NCBI GenBank assembly: GCA_044345135.1
Contig: JBIJBR010000002.1
Coordinates: 1 to 32,224, forward strand
Origin: Vampirovibrionales bacterium
GTDB taxonomy: Bacteria; Cyanobacteriota; Vampirovibrionia; Vampirovibrionales; JAJTHC01
Length of the DNA stretch: 32,224 nucleotides
Direction of reading: 5' to 3'
Notes under the pieces: generated by a model
The model's database searches: none
Told to the model about the DNA's origin: nothing
What the model saw: the letters and a program-made list of their open reading frames with translations, nothing else
Shown here: piece by piece, positions 17,936 through 27,465 of the stretch
Layout: each line of letters begins with the position of its first letter
How positions within the stretch are numbered: the first letter of the stretch is position 1
Program-made: the position numbers and the translations under genes

Positions 17936-19156
17936 TTAAGGTTGGAAGGCTTGGGCTTGCATTTCCTGACTGCGCAAGCTGAGCTGAACTCGCTTTTTAT
18001 CTCGTAACACATCCAACTGAAAGCGGGTCCCAATTTGCTTCTGGCGGATTTCATTTTGAAAGGCCTTCGCCGTATGAGTAGTCACGCCAGTGACACTTTG
18101 AATGACATCGCCTTCTTCTAAGCCTGCGGATTCAGCAGGGGAATGCGCTTGCACCTGAATCACCACAACCCCTTTGGTCGCAGGGAATAAATTCAACTGT
18201 GTGGCAATTTCAGGATTTAAATCCCCTAGGGCTAAGCCTACATAAGGGCGCTTAATGTGACCGCTTTGAATGAGTTGATCGGCCACCGTTTTCACGGTAT
18301 CCGAAGGAATAGAAAAACCGATATTTTGCCCATGCCCTGCAATGGCGGTATTAATCCCAATGACTTCTCCTTCAAGATTCACCAAGGGTCCCCCTGAATT
18401 GCCAGGGTTAATGGCCGCATCCGTCTGAACAAAAGGAACCTCTTCATTCAAACCAGGGACTTTACGGGCCAAGGCGGAAATAATCCCCAAGGTCACTGTA
18501 TGGTCAAAACCCAGAGGCGACCCCATCGCCAAGACCCAATCCCCTGTACGCAGTTGATTCGACACCCCTAGCGGCGCCGCTTTTAAAGAAGCCGAGGGGG
18601 CCTGTATTTGAATTACGGCCAAATCGGTTAAGGGGTCACTGCCCACGCGTTTGGCAGGGTAGGCCTTGCCATCATCCAAGGTGACAATCATTTGACTGGC
18701 CCCTTGTACCACGTGATTATTGGTGATGATGTATCCTTTTTTCGCATCGTAAATAATGCCACTGCCTTGACTCGCCTGTTCTTGTGGGGAGGGGGGGGCG
18801 GCATCTTTCCCAAAAAAGTAGCGAAACATCTCGCTTGTGGCGTCGTTTTCTTCTTTTTGGCGAATGCGGACATCAATATTCACCACGCTAGGGGCCAAGG
18901 TTTCGGCCACATCGGCCGTGAGATGAGAAAAGGGAGAAACCCCTTTAGACGCTAAGCGCCTTGGATTGTCCGTATTCACCAGAGAAGCCGTCGCACGATT
19001 AGGCTCCGACTGATCTTTAAGTTGGGGGAGCAGGTCAGGGAAAAATTGTAACCCTAAACTCGTCGCCGCCAAAACTACCGCAAAAAGACTTAGGATAAGC
19101 GGATTGTACGGATAGGGTGTAGAAAGTGAGTGGACTTCAGAACGGGGGATAGACAT
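17936..19156 (-). CDS. htrA: HtrA/DegP-family periplasmic serine endoprotease (single PDZ)
   Basis: 406 aa. N-terminal membrane anchor, catalytic contexts TNNHVV (His), DLAVIQ (Asp) and GNSGGPLVN (Ser), and a C-terminal PDZ-like region. Stop TAA. Confidence 0.9.
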   Translation of the reverse strand: MSIPRSEVHSLSTPYPYNPLILSLFAVVLAATSLGLQFFPDLLPQLKDQSEPNRATASLVNTDNPRRLASKGVSPFSHLTADVAETLAPSVVNIDVRIRQKEENDATSEMFRYFFGKDAAPPSPQEQASQGSGIIYDAKKGYIITNNHVVQGASQMIVTLDDGKAYPAKRVGSDPLTDLAVIQIQAPSASLKAAPLGVSNQLRTGDWVLAMGSPLGFDHTVTLGIISALARKVPGLNEEVPFVQTDAAINPGNSGGPLVNLEGEVIGINTAIAGHGQNIGFSIPSDTVKTVADQLIQSGHIKRPYVGLALGDLNPEIATQLNLFPATKGVVVIQVQAHSPAESAGLEEGDVIQSVTGVTTHTAKAFQNEIRQKQIGTRFQLDVLRDKKRVQLSLRSQEMQAQAFQP

Positions 19157-19320
19157 AGACGTTTTACTCCTTATTCGTTTAAATTCATTCAGGTTAAGAC
19201 GCTTACTAAGTAGAGCTTAAAGCAATTTTTTTAATTTATTTGTGCCAATTATTATAACCCATATACAAAAATGTGGGCTATAATGGGAAGGAATCCATTT
19301 TTTGTAGGAAATAACGGTTT

Positions 19321-20367
19321 ATGACATCGACAGATTCACTGAGGCAAGCACTAGACTCCCCTACGCTTCTCCCCCCTCCTTTAATTCAAGTCACAGGATT
19401 GAAGAAATATTTCCCTGTGAAAGAAGGATTTTTCAATACCAAAGTGGGCGATGTCAAAGCCTTAGATGAGGTCAGTTTTGACGTCAAAGCAGGGGAAACC
19501 TTCGGTATTGTGGGAGAAAGTGGCTGTGGTAAATCGACTTTGGCGCGCTGTTTAATTCGCTTAGAACAGGCCGATGCGGGAACCATATTTTTTAATGGCG
19601 AAAACTGGCTGGACTTAAAAGAAACGGCCTTACGTGAAAAGCGGATTCATATGCAAATGATTTTTCAAAATCCTTATGCCAGTTTGAATCCTCGTCTGCG
19701 AGTGGGACAAGCCATTGGTGAACCCTTGGAAATTTTCAAGCGGGCCACCGGTCAGGCCTTGCGTCAAGAGATTTTGTCTTTGTTGGATATGGTCGGGTTG
19801 CCCGCAAGTTTAATCGACCGCTTCCCTAGTGAGCTTTCTGGCGGGCAACGTCAACGGGTTTGTATCGCGCGTGCCTTGGCACTTCGTCCCAAGCTTATTA
19901 TTGCGGATGAAGCCGTCAGCGCCTTAGATGTTTCCGTCCAAGCCCAAGTCTTGAATTTGATGGAAAGTCTCAAAAAAGACTTGGGGCTTACCTATATTTT
20001 TATTGCGCATAACCTGAGTGTGGTCCAACATTTTTGTGACCGAGTGGGCGTGATGTACTTGGGTAAAATGATGGAAGTGGGGACGACTGCCGCGATTTTT
20101 GAGACCCCTCAACACCCGTATACTCAAGCCCTACTCAGTGCAATGCCGATTGCGGACCCGACCTTGGCGCGCGCGATGAGAGCGCAGCGACACCCTTTGA
20201 AAGGAGAGCTCCCCAGTCCGATGAATCCCCCTGCGGGCTGTCGTTTTCATACCCGTTGTCCCCAAGCCTATGCCCCCTGCTCAAGCGACGAACCCTTGCT
20301 TCGTCAAGTCGGCACCCCCGATACCCCGCATCTTTCTGCCTGTCATTTGAATGATGAGGAGCCTTAG
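19321..20367 (+). CDS. Oligopeptide/dipeptide ABC transporter ATP-binding protein (OppF/DppF type)
   Basis: 348 aa. Walker A GESGCGKST, signature LSGGQRQR, Walker B IIADEAVSALD, and a C-terminal oligopeptide-transporter extension with CRFHTRCP...C...C. Stop TAG. Confidence 0.85.
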   Translation: MTSTDSLRQALDSPTLLPPPLIQVTGLKKYFPVKEGFFNTKVGDVKALDEVSFDVKAGETFGIVGESGCGKSTLARCLIRLEQADAGTIFFNGENWLDLKETALREKRIHMQMIFQNPYASLNPRLRVGQAIGEPLEIFKRATGQALRQEILSLLDMVGLPASLIDRFPSELSGGQRQRVCIARALALRPKLIIADEAVSALDVSVQAQVLNLMESLKKDLGLTYIFIAHNLSVVQHFCDRVGVMYLGKMMEVGTTAAIFETPQHPYTQALLSAMPIADPTLARAMRAQRHPLKGELPSPMNPPAGCRFHTRCPQAYAPCSSDEPLLRQVGTPDTPHLSACHLNDEEP

Positions 20368-20370
20368 TTT

Positions 20371-20811
20371 ATGATGATGGCCAGTCCCGAAGAAGATTTT
20401 AAACGCTTTCTCAATACCTTTATGAACAATCAATTTGGGGAAGCCTTTGACATGTTTTCCAAAGAAACACGCGACTATTTTTTAAAGTATACCTTTGACT
20501 TATTGACCAAGCGCAATAAAGAAGCAGTTGAAACGTCTGGCATTGGCTTAAAAGAAGTGCATATGATGTTTCGTATGAACGAAAAAACCTTGATTCATAC
20601 CTTTTGGAAGACGTTTTATTTTAGCAGTGGGACTCAAGAACTTTATCAATTTGGAAGCTACGCCCTGAACGGCATTCAAGGGGATAAGGCGGCCATTTCA
20701 TGCCGTTTACAGTACCCCAATGGCCAACAAGGCGAAGTGGATATTTGTATGGTCAAAGAAGGCACGGCGTGGAAATACGGCTATATTGAATCAGGGATGA
20801 AGCTAAACTAA
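20371..20811 (+). CDS. Hypothetical protein, possibly NTF2-like fold
   Basis: 146-aa ORF starting 3 nt after the ATPase stop. The C-terminal ...VDICMVKEGTAWKYGY resembles NTF2-like/DUF4878 endings, which is weak evidence. Stop TAA. Confidence 0.45.
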   Translation: MMMASPEEDFKRFLNTFMNNQFGEAFDMFSKETRDYFLKYTFDLLTKRNKEAVETSGIGLKEVHMMFRMNEKTLIHTFWKTFYFSSGTQELYQFGSYALNGIQGDKAAISCRLQYPNGQQGEVDICMVKEGTAWKYGYIESGMKLN

Positions 20812-20861
20812 TCCCCTTTAAACGATTCAATATCGTATGGCTTGTTTAAAGAGTATAAGTC

Positions 20862-22211
20862 CTAGGCCACGATGATTTTGGGAGGCGTTGGAGTCGTAGG
20901 GGCTAAACTGGTGGGTAGTGGTGCGTTGGGGTCTTTCCCCCCTTGGGCAATCGTAGGAGCCACGGTGCTTGCCACGACTTGACTGGCTTGGTTTTGCAGA
21001 TAATACCACACCCCTGCGCCTATCGCCAAGAGTACTGCGCCCCCCCCTAGCACCACTTTGACGGGACCCCCTTCTTTTTCAAGGGTTTTAGTACCTTCCT
21101 TCACGGTCTTTGAAACATCTTCAGGGAACTCAGGGAGACCTTCTTTTTTGAGGAGTTCGGAGGAATTGACTTCCACGGGTGTTGTATCGGCTTTGGGTGC
21201 TTTTTTATATCCACCACCACCGCCGCCATAGTAAACAGGTTGTGGCGACTTCTGAAAGTTTTTAATATCATTAGCAATTTTAGCGACGCCATCTTCAAGG
21301 GCCTGTATGATTAGTAACAGTTCATCAGCTGAAGGCTTTGTTTCTTGATATTTTTGGGCGGTATCGTCTAGAAGACTTTCGAGAAATGGTGTAAATAAAG
21401 AATCGAACTGTGTGTGTTGTACTTCTGTCAAACCTTGCGTATATTTCTTTTCAAGTTTTGCCCTCCACTGATCGAGATTAAACTTACGAGGATCTAAAAT
21501 CTGTTCACGAAGGCCTTTCAATTTAGTGTTGAATTTTTCTACCAACTCTAAAGCATGGGTGTCTACCTTTGCTGAGGGATATTGATACATTAAACCGAGC
21601 TTGGTCTCTAATTCTTTGAATTCCTGATCACTGTGACGTTGAAAGTAGTCCGACTGTATTTTGCTTAAGTTTTTTGTTAGGCTTTCATAAAGTCGCTCTC
21701 TTAATCCCTGTAAAGATTTTGGTAAAGGAGGGGAATCTTGCCAAACATCTTTAGTCCCTTGAACCTGATCAAGACTATGGTCGACAAGACCTTGATAAGC
21801 CTTCTTAAATGCTTCGTGGTCAATATAATCATTCTTCTCATCCAGATGTTGCATAATAACGGACCAATTTTTATCAAGTTCTTTCTTAAACAAGACTTGT
21901 TGTTTTCCTGACAATCCGTCTAATGTTTTTTCATATAAAGTTTTCACCCATTCATCCGTTTGAGCTGAAAGGTCTTTGGGGTTAACATCTTCAATGTTAT
22001 TCAAAGGCGATTCGACTGGGATGTGATTTTCTGGGGTTTTTACGGCGTCTTCTAGTAGTGTTGCTTTCTCAAAAGTATCAGTAACCTCTGAGATGGGAGA
22101 CTCAGGCGCAACGGCTAGAGGGTCTGTCTTAGAATAAGTCGTAAGCGCCTTAACTCTAGGAGTAGACGTTGGAAGAGTACTATCTGAGGGGGGAGGGATA
22201 ATAATTGTCAT
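20862..22211 (-). CDS. Hypothetical helical protein with C-terminal transmembrane anchor (ORFan)
   Basis: The ORF opens at a GTG at 22268; the ATG at 22211 (MTIIIPPP) with AAGGA upstream is preferred. Long predicted-helical region, a GGGGGG stretch, one TM (VVLGGGAVLLAIGAGVWYYL) and a Pro/Thr-rich tail. Stop TAG. Confidence 0.5.
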   Translation of the reverse strand: MTIIIPPPSDSTLPTSTPRVKALTTYSKTDPLAVAPESPISEVTDTFEKATLLEDAVKTPENHIPVESPLNNIEDVNPKDLSAQTDEWVKTLYEKTLDGLSGKQQVLFKKELDKNWSVIMQHLDEKNDYIDHEAFKKAYQGLVDHSLDQVQGTKDVWQDSPPLPKSLQGLRERLYESLTKNLSKIQSDYFQRHSDQEFKELETKLGLMYQYPSAKVDTHALELVEKFNTKLKGLREQILDPRKFNLDQWRAKLEKKYTQGLTEVQHTQFDSLFTPFLESLLDDTAQKYQETKPSADELLLIIQALEDGVAKIANDIKNFQKSPQPVYYGGGGGGYKKAPKADTTPVEVNSSELLKKEGLPEFPEDVSKTVKEGTKTLEKEGGPVKVVLGGGAVLLAIGAGVWYYLQNQASQVVASTVAPTIAQGGKDPNAPLPTSLAPTTPTPPKIIVA

Positions 22212-22499
22212 AAAAGAAAAGATCCTTATATTTTTAGAGAAAAAGACTTGCACGGTAGGCCAAAGCACGAACGCTTGCCGATATCATGTATACCCATATA
22301 AAACCATAAAGGCGTTTGGCTTGGAACCTTAAGGCTGTAACGTTATGTAACAAATTAGGGGGGCTTTCGTGGGGGCTTCGCGCCTAAGGTTTTATGAAAA
22401 TCAACATCACCAAAACGGATGAAAATCTGATTTTTAGAGTAAAATAATAAATGAATCGTTCTACGGTTGTTCTTGTCTAAAAAATAAAGGAGTTTTTTT

Positions 22500-23543
22500 A
22501 TGATGACGGTTGAATCCCCCCAAGCCCTAAAAGTGTATTATGACCAAGACATTGATCGCAGTAAGTTGTTGTCTAAAAACATTGCCGTGATTGGTTTTGG
22601 TAGTCAAGGCTTTGGACAATCCGTGAACCTTAAGGACGCGGGCGCCAAGGTGAAAATCGTTTTGCGTGCAGGGTCTAAAACCGCTGAAAAAGTAAAAGCC
22701 AACGGCATGGAAAGTATCACCTTTGAAGAAGCGGCTCAATGGGCGGATATTATCCTCTTCTTATGTCCTGATGTCGTGCAAGCCGACGTTTACCAACAGT
22801 ACTTTGAAGGCAAGCTCCGTAAAGGGCAAGCCTTGATGTTTAGCCACGGCTTTGCCATTCACTTTGGCTATATTACTCCCCCTGCGGATGTTGACGTCTT
22901 TTTAGTCGCACCCAAAGGGCCTGGTCACTTGGTGCGTTCAGAATATGAACGCGGTCGTGGTGTGCCTTGCTTAATGGCGATTCAGCAAGACGCCAGTGGC
23001 GAAACCAAAGAAATTGCCCTAGGCTATGCGGCCTGTGTGGGCGGTGGTCGTGGGGGTGTGATTGAAACCACCTTTAAAGATGAAACCGAAACAGACCTTT
23101 TTGGCGAACAAGCCGTGCTTTGTGGCGGGGCCGCAGCCTTGGTGAAAGCGGGCTTTGAAGTGCTCACCGAAGCAGGGTATCCCCCTGAAATGGCGTACTT
23201 TGAATGTTTGCATGAATTAAAGCTCATTGTGGATTTGATGTACGAAGGGGGCCTCGACGATATGCGCTATTCCATTAGCGATACCGCTCGTTATGGGGAT
23301 GTGACGCGTGGGCCTCGTGTGGTGGATGCCGACACGAAAGCTCGCATGAAAGTGATTTTAAAAGAAATTCAAGACGGCACCTTCGCTCGAGAGTTTACCG
23401 CGGATGTTCGCGCGGGTATGCCTCAACTCAAAGCCTTGGTGGAAGCGGATTCTAATCACCCGATTGAAGTGACCGGTCGCAAGTTGCGTGGCATGATGAG
23501 CTGGCTCAGCGAATCTAAAAACGTTCAACGCGACAAAAACTAG
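22500..23543 (+). CDS. ilvC: Ketol-acid reductoisomerase (class I)
   Basis: 347 aa. IAVIGFGSQG Rossmann motif, SHGF, LVAPKGPGHLVR, DLFGEQAVLCGG, YFECLHELKLIVDL. AAGGAG SD 7 nt upstream. Stop TAG. Confidence 0.95.
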   Translation: MMTVESPQALKVYYDQDIDRSKLLSKNIAVIGFGSQGFGQSVNLKDAGAKVKIVLRAGSKTAEKVKANGMESITFEEAAQWADIILFLCPDVVQADVYQQYFEGKLRKGQALMFSHGFAIHFGYITPPADVDVFLVAPKGPGHLVRSEYERGRGVPCLMAIQQDASGETKEIALGYAACVGGGRGGVIETTFKDETETDLFGEQAVLCGGAAALVKAGFEVLTEAGYPPEMAYFECLHELKLIVDLMYEGGLDDMRYSISDTARYGDVTRGPRVVDADTKARMKVILKEIQDGTFAREFTADVRAGMPQLKALVEADSNHPIEVTGRKLRGMMSWLSESKNVQRDKN

Positions 23544-23559
23544 TCACCCGTGACTTTGC

Positions 23560-23596
23560 AAAAGGGGAGGCCGCGTGAGTGTGCTTCCCCTTTTCT
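23560..23596 (+). terminator. Candidate intrinsic terminator after ilvC
   Basis: Stem GGGGAGG (23564-23570) / CTTCCCC (23584-23590) with one G-U pair and a 13-nt loop, followed by TTTTCT. The upstream A-tract is complementary to the T-tract. Confidence 0.55.
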
Positions 23597-23707
23597 ACGT
23601 TGACTGCTCCGTTGAATCTTCAGTGCTGGAGGGTTGATTTGTAAAAATCCATGAGCACTAGATTGCACTTAAAATGTAACGACTTTTCTTTCTCTCTCAT
23701 GAACCCT

Positions 23708-23736
23708 TTGTCATTTCAGTATTCTTAAAGTATACT
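23708..23736 (+). promoter_or_regulatory. Candidate sigma70 promoter for the P-loop NTPase gene
   Basis: TTGTCA (23708-23713), 17-nt spacer, TATACT (23731-23736), 43 nt upstream of the ATG at 23779. Confidence 0.45.
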
Positions 23737-23778
23737 CTGTACAGTCCTCTTTTTAATTAGGGTATATGACTTTTGCTT

Positions 23779-26574
23779 ATGTCTCGCACTTTAGCTCCGC
23801 CTTCCATCACCTCCTGTATAGCGTTTCCTCTGGTACATTTTGAGGTAAGTGGACTTTGCCTGACGGGGGAACCTTTAAATCTCAAAAATCTTCGCTCTCA
23901 TGAAGCCTCTCTTCTTGAAGCAGGACTAGTGAATAAAGGTCATGAATGGCAGGTTCTTCACAAATTTTTGACTTTAGGACAAAGCCGAACCCTTCTTTTA
24001 TTAGGCGATGAGGGCGTTGGTAAAACGGCCTTATTAAATGCTTTTTTCAAATCCGCCAACACCCTAGGCTCGGATGAATTTTCTCAGCATCAAGGGGTTA
24101 AAATCCACCTAGGTAAGCTACCTAAAAAGGCGTGGACGCAGTGGGAACTTGATCAGTTACTTCAAGAGGCGCTTCATCAATGGGCGACAGAGCTACTGCA
24201 GTCTCTACACATGCAAGGCAATAAGACTTTACACTCCACGGGTTTGATCCTTTCAGAGGCGGAATTAAATCAGACCTTGAAAGAAGCCATTTCCTTAACG
24301 CTTCAAGAAGAACGCACGACGCTGTGGCAAACGGTCTTAACACAAGCCCTTGCGAAACGGCAAAATACTTTAGCACAATGGATGAAAAGTGGACAGGCCT
24401 CCATCACGGCGGCAGGGTCTGTTTTTAATCATCCGTGGGGACTAATTGCCTTTAAAATGAAAGAGGCTTTAGAAGATCCTCATATGCAAGGCTCTATCTA
24501 TGAAATTATTGCGCAACTGGGTCGAGACTTAAAGCACTATAGCCCTACGCTTGAAACGAAGAGTCGTTTTAGCATTATTATTGATGAATGGGAGATGTTA
24601 CTTCATCAAAAAGAAGCACAACAATGGCAAAATTTACAGTGCTTGTCTCAGATACTTAAAAGCATCAATACGCAAAAAAGAATGCCTTTACAACTTATAT
24701 TGGCCACCCGCAGCGAGGCCTTGTCTCAACAACTCGCCTTAGGCACCTATGGTTTATTTTCAGAACAAATGCTGCTTTCTGGCTTTACCGCGAAAGAGCT
24801 TCCTGCGCTTTTAGCGCTTTATCCCAGTACATATCCCTTCCCCATGGAATACTTAGACGAATTTTACGCGCGTTCAGGCGCGTCTTCACGAGCGATTTTT
24901 CGTCTCTTTCAAGCGTGGGAAGCAAAAGCAACACAACGGGGAGAAAAGACTTTAAGCTTAGACGCTTTAAACGATTTAGCCGTTAAAGGTGTTCAAGACT
25001 TAGATGATTTTATTTATGCGCGTTTTCATATGGATGCTTTACAATACGGTATGCCCTTTCTAAAGGCCTTAGAAGTTGTCGTGGCTTATTTAGATGAAGT
25101 CCCGTTTTTGGTGCGTGATTTTATCGCCCAGCGATTGTCCGAAACACAGGAAAATCTTAGCGAAGAATATTTAGCACTCGCTTTGCGAAAATTATTTTTG
25201 TATGGGGTCCTGACGGCTCTACCGAATGAGTCTTCTTTTGAGCAGGAGCCTCGCTATGTCATGAGCTCTCGCGCTGATTTAAAAAGAGTCGCTTTGTTTT
25301 TTAGAAACACGGACTGTGGCGAGCCGTTCAATGCAACCGAAGGCTCTATTGAGGATCGCCTCCAACAGGAGTGTGCCTCCTTTCTCTCTAGCATGACAGC
25401 TCCGACCGAATCCTTAATGGCTTGGCTTCCTAAACTCTTTGAAGCAGGAGACTGTACCCCTAAAAAAATAAGTCATCTCTTAAATCATATGGCTCATTCC
25501 TCTAATATAGAAGCCAATGTATTTATTGATACCTTACTGAGCTTTTTCAAAGAAAAATGGGAAAACGCTCAAAACACTGAACATTGCTCTAAGGCACTGA
25601 TGATTTTAAGTGTTCTGCCTCGAATAGAAGCCTTTAATGCCTTGCTGGACGCCTTAGCACATGCTGAATTCAAGGTAAAAGTAAGCAGTTTAAACGCGCT
25701 ACAGATATGGTTGAACCGTTATGCAGAGACGAATCCTTATACGGTGGCGTCTTTGATCTCTACGCTAATGACGCATCTTTACTCTTGGGAACATCTCCCC
25801 GTGAATGAAAAAGAGTGCTTACAAAATCTCGTCTTTGACCTTTTGACGAGAGTGTATCCCTATGCACCCAAAAAGGTGGTCAACGCATTCAATGAAATCA
25901 TCAATACGCTTCTTATAGAAGAAAATTCAGAAAAGTCTTATTTAAGTGTCGAATGCTTCAATGCGTTGTCTACTATCGTTAAGAATACCGCGCCAGATAT
26001 TTTGATACAAGCCTTACCTAAGGTGGCTCAAGTATTAAAGCTCGCTTTGAATCAGCCTGATTTGAAGGATCAAGCTTTAAATCTTTTGTCTTATCTCCCC
26101 CCTCAAACCCCTGATCTACATGATTTTCTGGGGGGAATGGATGATCAAGCCAGTGCTCCTTTAGGCGCCTTTGAGGTTTTTGTCTATGCCAGTCAGCATT
26201 TAAACGCATCACCCGCACTACAAGAAAGAGTTATGGCCACGCTAAAAGCAATTTATACAAATGAAAATCTTATTGAACGCTTAAAACATTCTGAATTTCG
26301 TCAGTATTTTACGCAAATCACCTTGCAACTCTTAAAAGTAAGTAAACAGTGGCCTCAAGTGAATCAATGTTTCTTATTGACGCTTTTAGAACAGGTACTT
26401 CGTGAAGCCATTTGGCAAGACTATTTAGATTTATTTTGGTTGTCCCTACGTTTAGTGAGACAACTTAAAGGAAGTATTCCGCGTGATGCCTACGCATGGA
26501 TAGAGACCTTGGAAACAAGTCCTACGTCCCAATTAGTAAAACGGCTTTTGAAACAATCAGAACTTGATGTTTAA
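23779..26574 (+). CDS. Large P-loop NTPase (STAND/AAA_16-like) with C-terminal HEAT/ARM-like helical repeats
   Basis: The ORF opens at a TTG at 23773; the ATG at 23779 is preferred. Walker A GDEGVGKT (24004-24027), Walker B IIIDE (24574-24588), then LILATRSE. The C-terminal ~400 aa is helical-repeat-like, e.g. EAFNALLDALAHAEFKVKVSSLNALQIWL. Stop TAA. Confidence 0.7.
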   Translation: MSRTLAPPSITSCIAFPLVHFEVSGLCLTGEPLNLKNLRSHEASLLEAGLVNKGHEWQVLHKFLTLGQSRTLLLLGDEGVGKTALLNAFFKSANTLGSDEFSQHQGVKIHLGKLPKKAWTQWELDQLLQEALHQWATELLQSLHMQGNKTLHSTGLILSEAELNQTLKEAISLTLQEERTTLWQTVLTQALAKRQNTLAQWMKSGQASITAAGSVFNHPWGLIAFKMKEALEDPHMQGSIYEIIAQLGRDLKHYSPTLETKSRFSIIIDEWEMLLHQKEAQQWQNLQCLSQILKSINTQKRMPLQLILATRSEALSQQLALGTYGLFSEQMLLSGFTAKELPALLALYPSTYPFPMEYLDEFYARSGASSRAIFRLFQAWEAKATQRGEKTLSLDALNDLAVKGVQDLDDFIYARFHMDALQYGMPFLKALEVVVAYLDEVPFLVRDFIAQRLSETQENLSEEYLALALRKLFLYGVLTALPNESSFEQEPRYVMSSRADLKRVALFFRNTDCGEPFNATEGSIEDRLQQECASFLSSMTAPTESLMAWLPKLFEAGDCTPKKISHLLNHMAHSSNIEANVFIDTLLSFFKEKWENAQNTEHCSKALMILSVLPRIEAFNALLDALAHAEFKVKVSSLNALQIWLNRYAETNPYTVASLISTLMTHLYSWEHLPVNEKECLQNLVFDLLTRVYPYAPKKVVNAFNEIINTLLIEENSEKSYLSVECFNALSTIVKNTAPDILIQALPKVAQVLKLALNQPDLKDQALNLLSYLPPQTPDLHDFLGGMDDQASAPLGAFEVFVYASQHLNASPALQERVMATLKAIYTNENLIERLKHSEFRQYFTQITLQLLKVSKQWPQVNQCFLLTLLEQVLREAIWQDYLDLFWLSLRLVRQLKGSIPRDAYAWIETLETSPTSQLVKRLLKQSELDV

Positions 26575-26591
26575 TTAAATATCAAGAAGCT

Positions 26592-27347
26592 TTAAAAAAT
26601 CTGGAAGGGCTTACGGCTTTCTTCTTTTAAGAATAAGATACTCTCCACGTCTTCTGTCGTAATTAGGCCAAGTCGAATCAAAATATCTGCAATTTTCGAA
26701 CGCTCTCCCATTGTCGACTCAATATAGTTTTGGGTCTGTAAGGCGAGTTCCATTTGTTCTCTGTCTACTAAACCTAAGTAGACCAAGTATTCGCCAAGAC
26801 GAATTTCATCTCCTAAAAACCGAACGGACGCTTCAAGGACTTTGGATTCAGGACGATGAATCCAATTACGACGTAAAACTTGTACAATTAATTGACACGC
26901 ATACTGTAACGACCACGTATAGCGAGCACATAGCATCGCAATGTTGTCTTTCAACTGAAAAGAAGTCAACAATAAGGAGGTGTCTTCTTTGGAGTCACTG
27001 GCGATGGATTGAAAGGCTTCTTGCCCGTTCGTGTTTAAAATCGGCACCCATAATTGTAAAAAATCGCGACGTTTAATCTCAGAAAGTGGAGAAGACGCGG
27101 CGTCTTTATCTAAATTACTTTTCAAGTCCGCATAAATCACCTGTTGTACCCAAAGTGGGAGCCGTCCCATTTCATTCAACACCAAAGACAAACGATCCAC
27201 TCTGGCCTGTGACTCTTCTTGATTAGAAAAACTAGCAGAAGAAGGCAATGAAGGAAATACCCCTTGAAGTTCAATGGAAGGCATTAATCCTGAAGAAGAC
27301 GGTTCTGTATTAATATTCGCTGTTGAAGAAGATTCTAAAAAAGACAT
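26592..27347 (-). CDS. Small protein with C-terminal MshEN/T2SSE_N-like (c-di-GMP receptor-type) domain
   Basis: The ORF opens at a TTG at 27356; the ATG at 27347 with GAAGGA 9 nt upstream is preferred. The C-terminus RLGEYLVYLGLVDREQMELALQTQ fits the 24-aa MshEN motif, and a second degenerate copy KIADILIRLGLITTEDVESILFLK follows. Stop TAA. Confidence 0.6.
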   Translation of the reverse strand: MSFLESSSTANINTEPSSSGLMPSIELQGVFPSLPSSASFSNQEESQARVDRLSLVLNEMGRLPLWVQQVIYADLKSNLDKDAASSPLSEIKRRDFLQLWVPILNTNGQEAFQSIASDSKEDTSLLLTSFQLKDNIAMLCARYTWSLQYACQLIVQVLRRNWIHRPESKVLEASVRFLGDEIRLGEYLVYLGLVDREQMELALQTQNYIESTMGERSKIADILIRLGLITTEDVESILFLKEESRKPFQIF

Positions 27348-27465
27348 ACATCTCAATCCTTCGTTTTTTTAAAGGGAGTACTCCTTTTAAAAGGGTACAA
27401 AATAAAAGGACACGCTAACCGAATTAGAGGAGTAAAATCCTCTATTAAAAGGACTATTGATATAC

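Noticed and set aside
20200-20367. Cys-rich C-terminus of the OppF-type ATPase as a novel metal site
   Set aside because: The C-x-F-x-x-R-C...C...C pattern is the known C-terminal extension of Opp/Dpp ATPases, so it is not unusual.
22269-22499. Leader-peptide attenuator or riboswitch upstream of ilvC
   Set aside because: The only short ORF there (MYTHIKP) has no Ile/Leu/Val run. The imperfect AACCTTAAGG / CCTAAGGTT pairing has no terminator-like T-tract. The evidence is insufficient.
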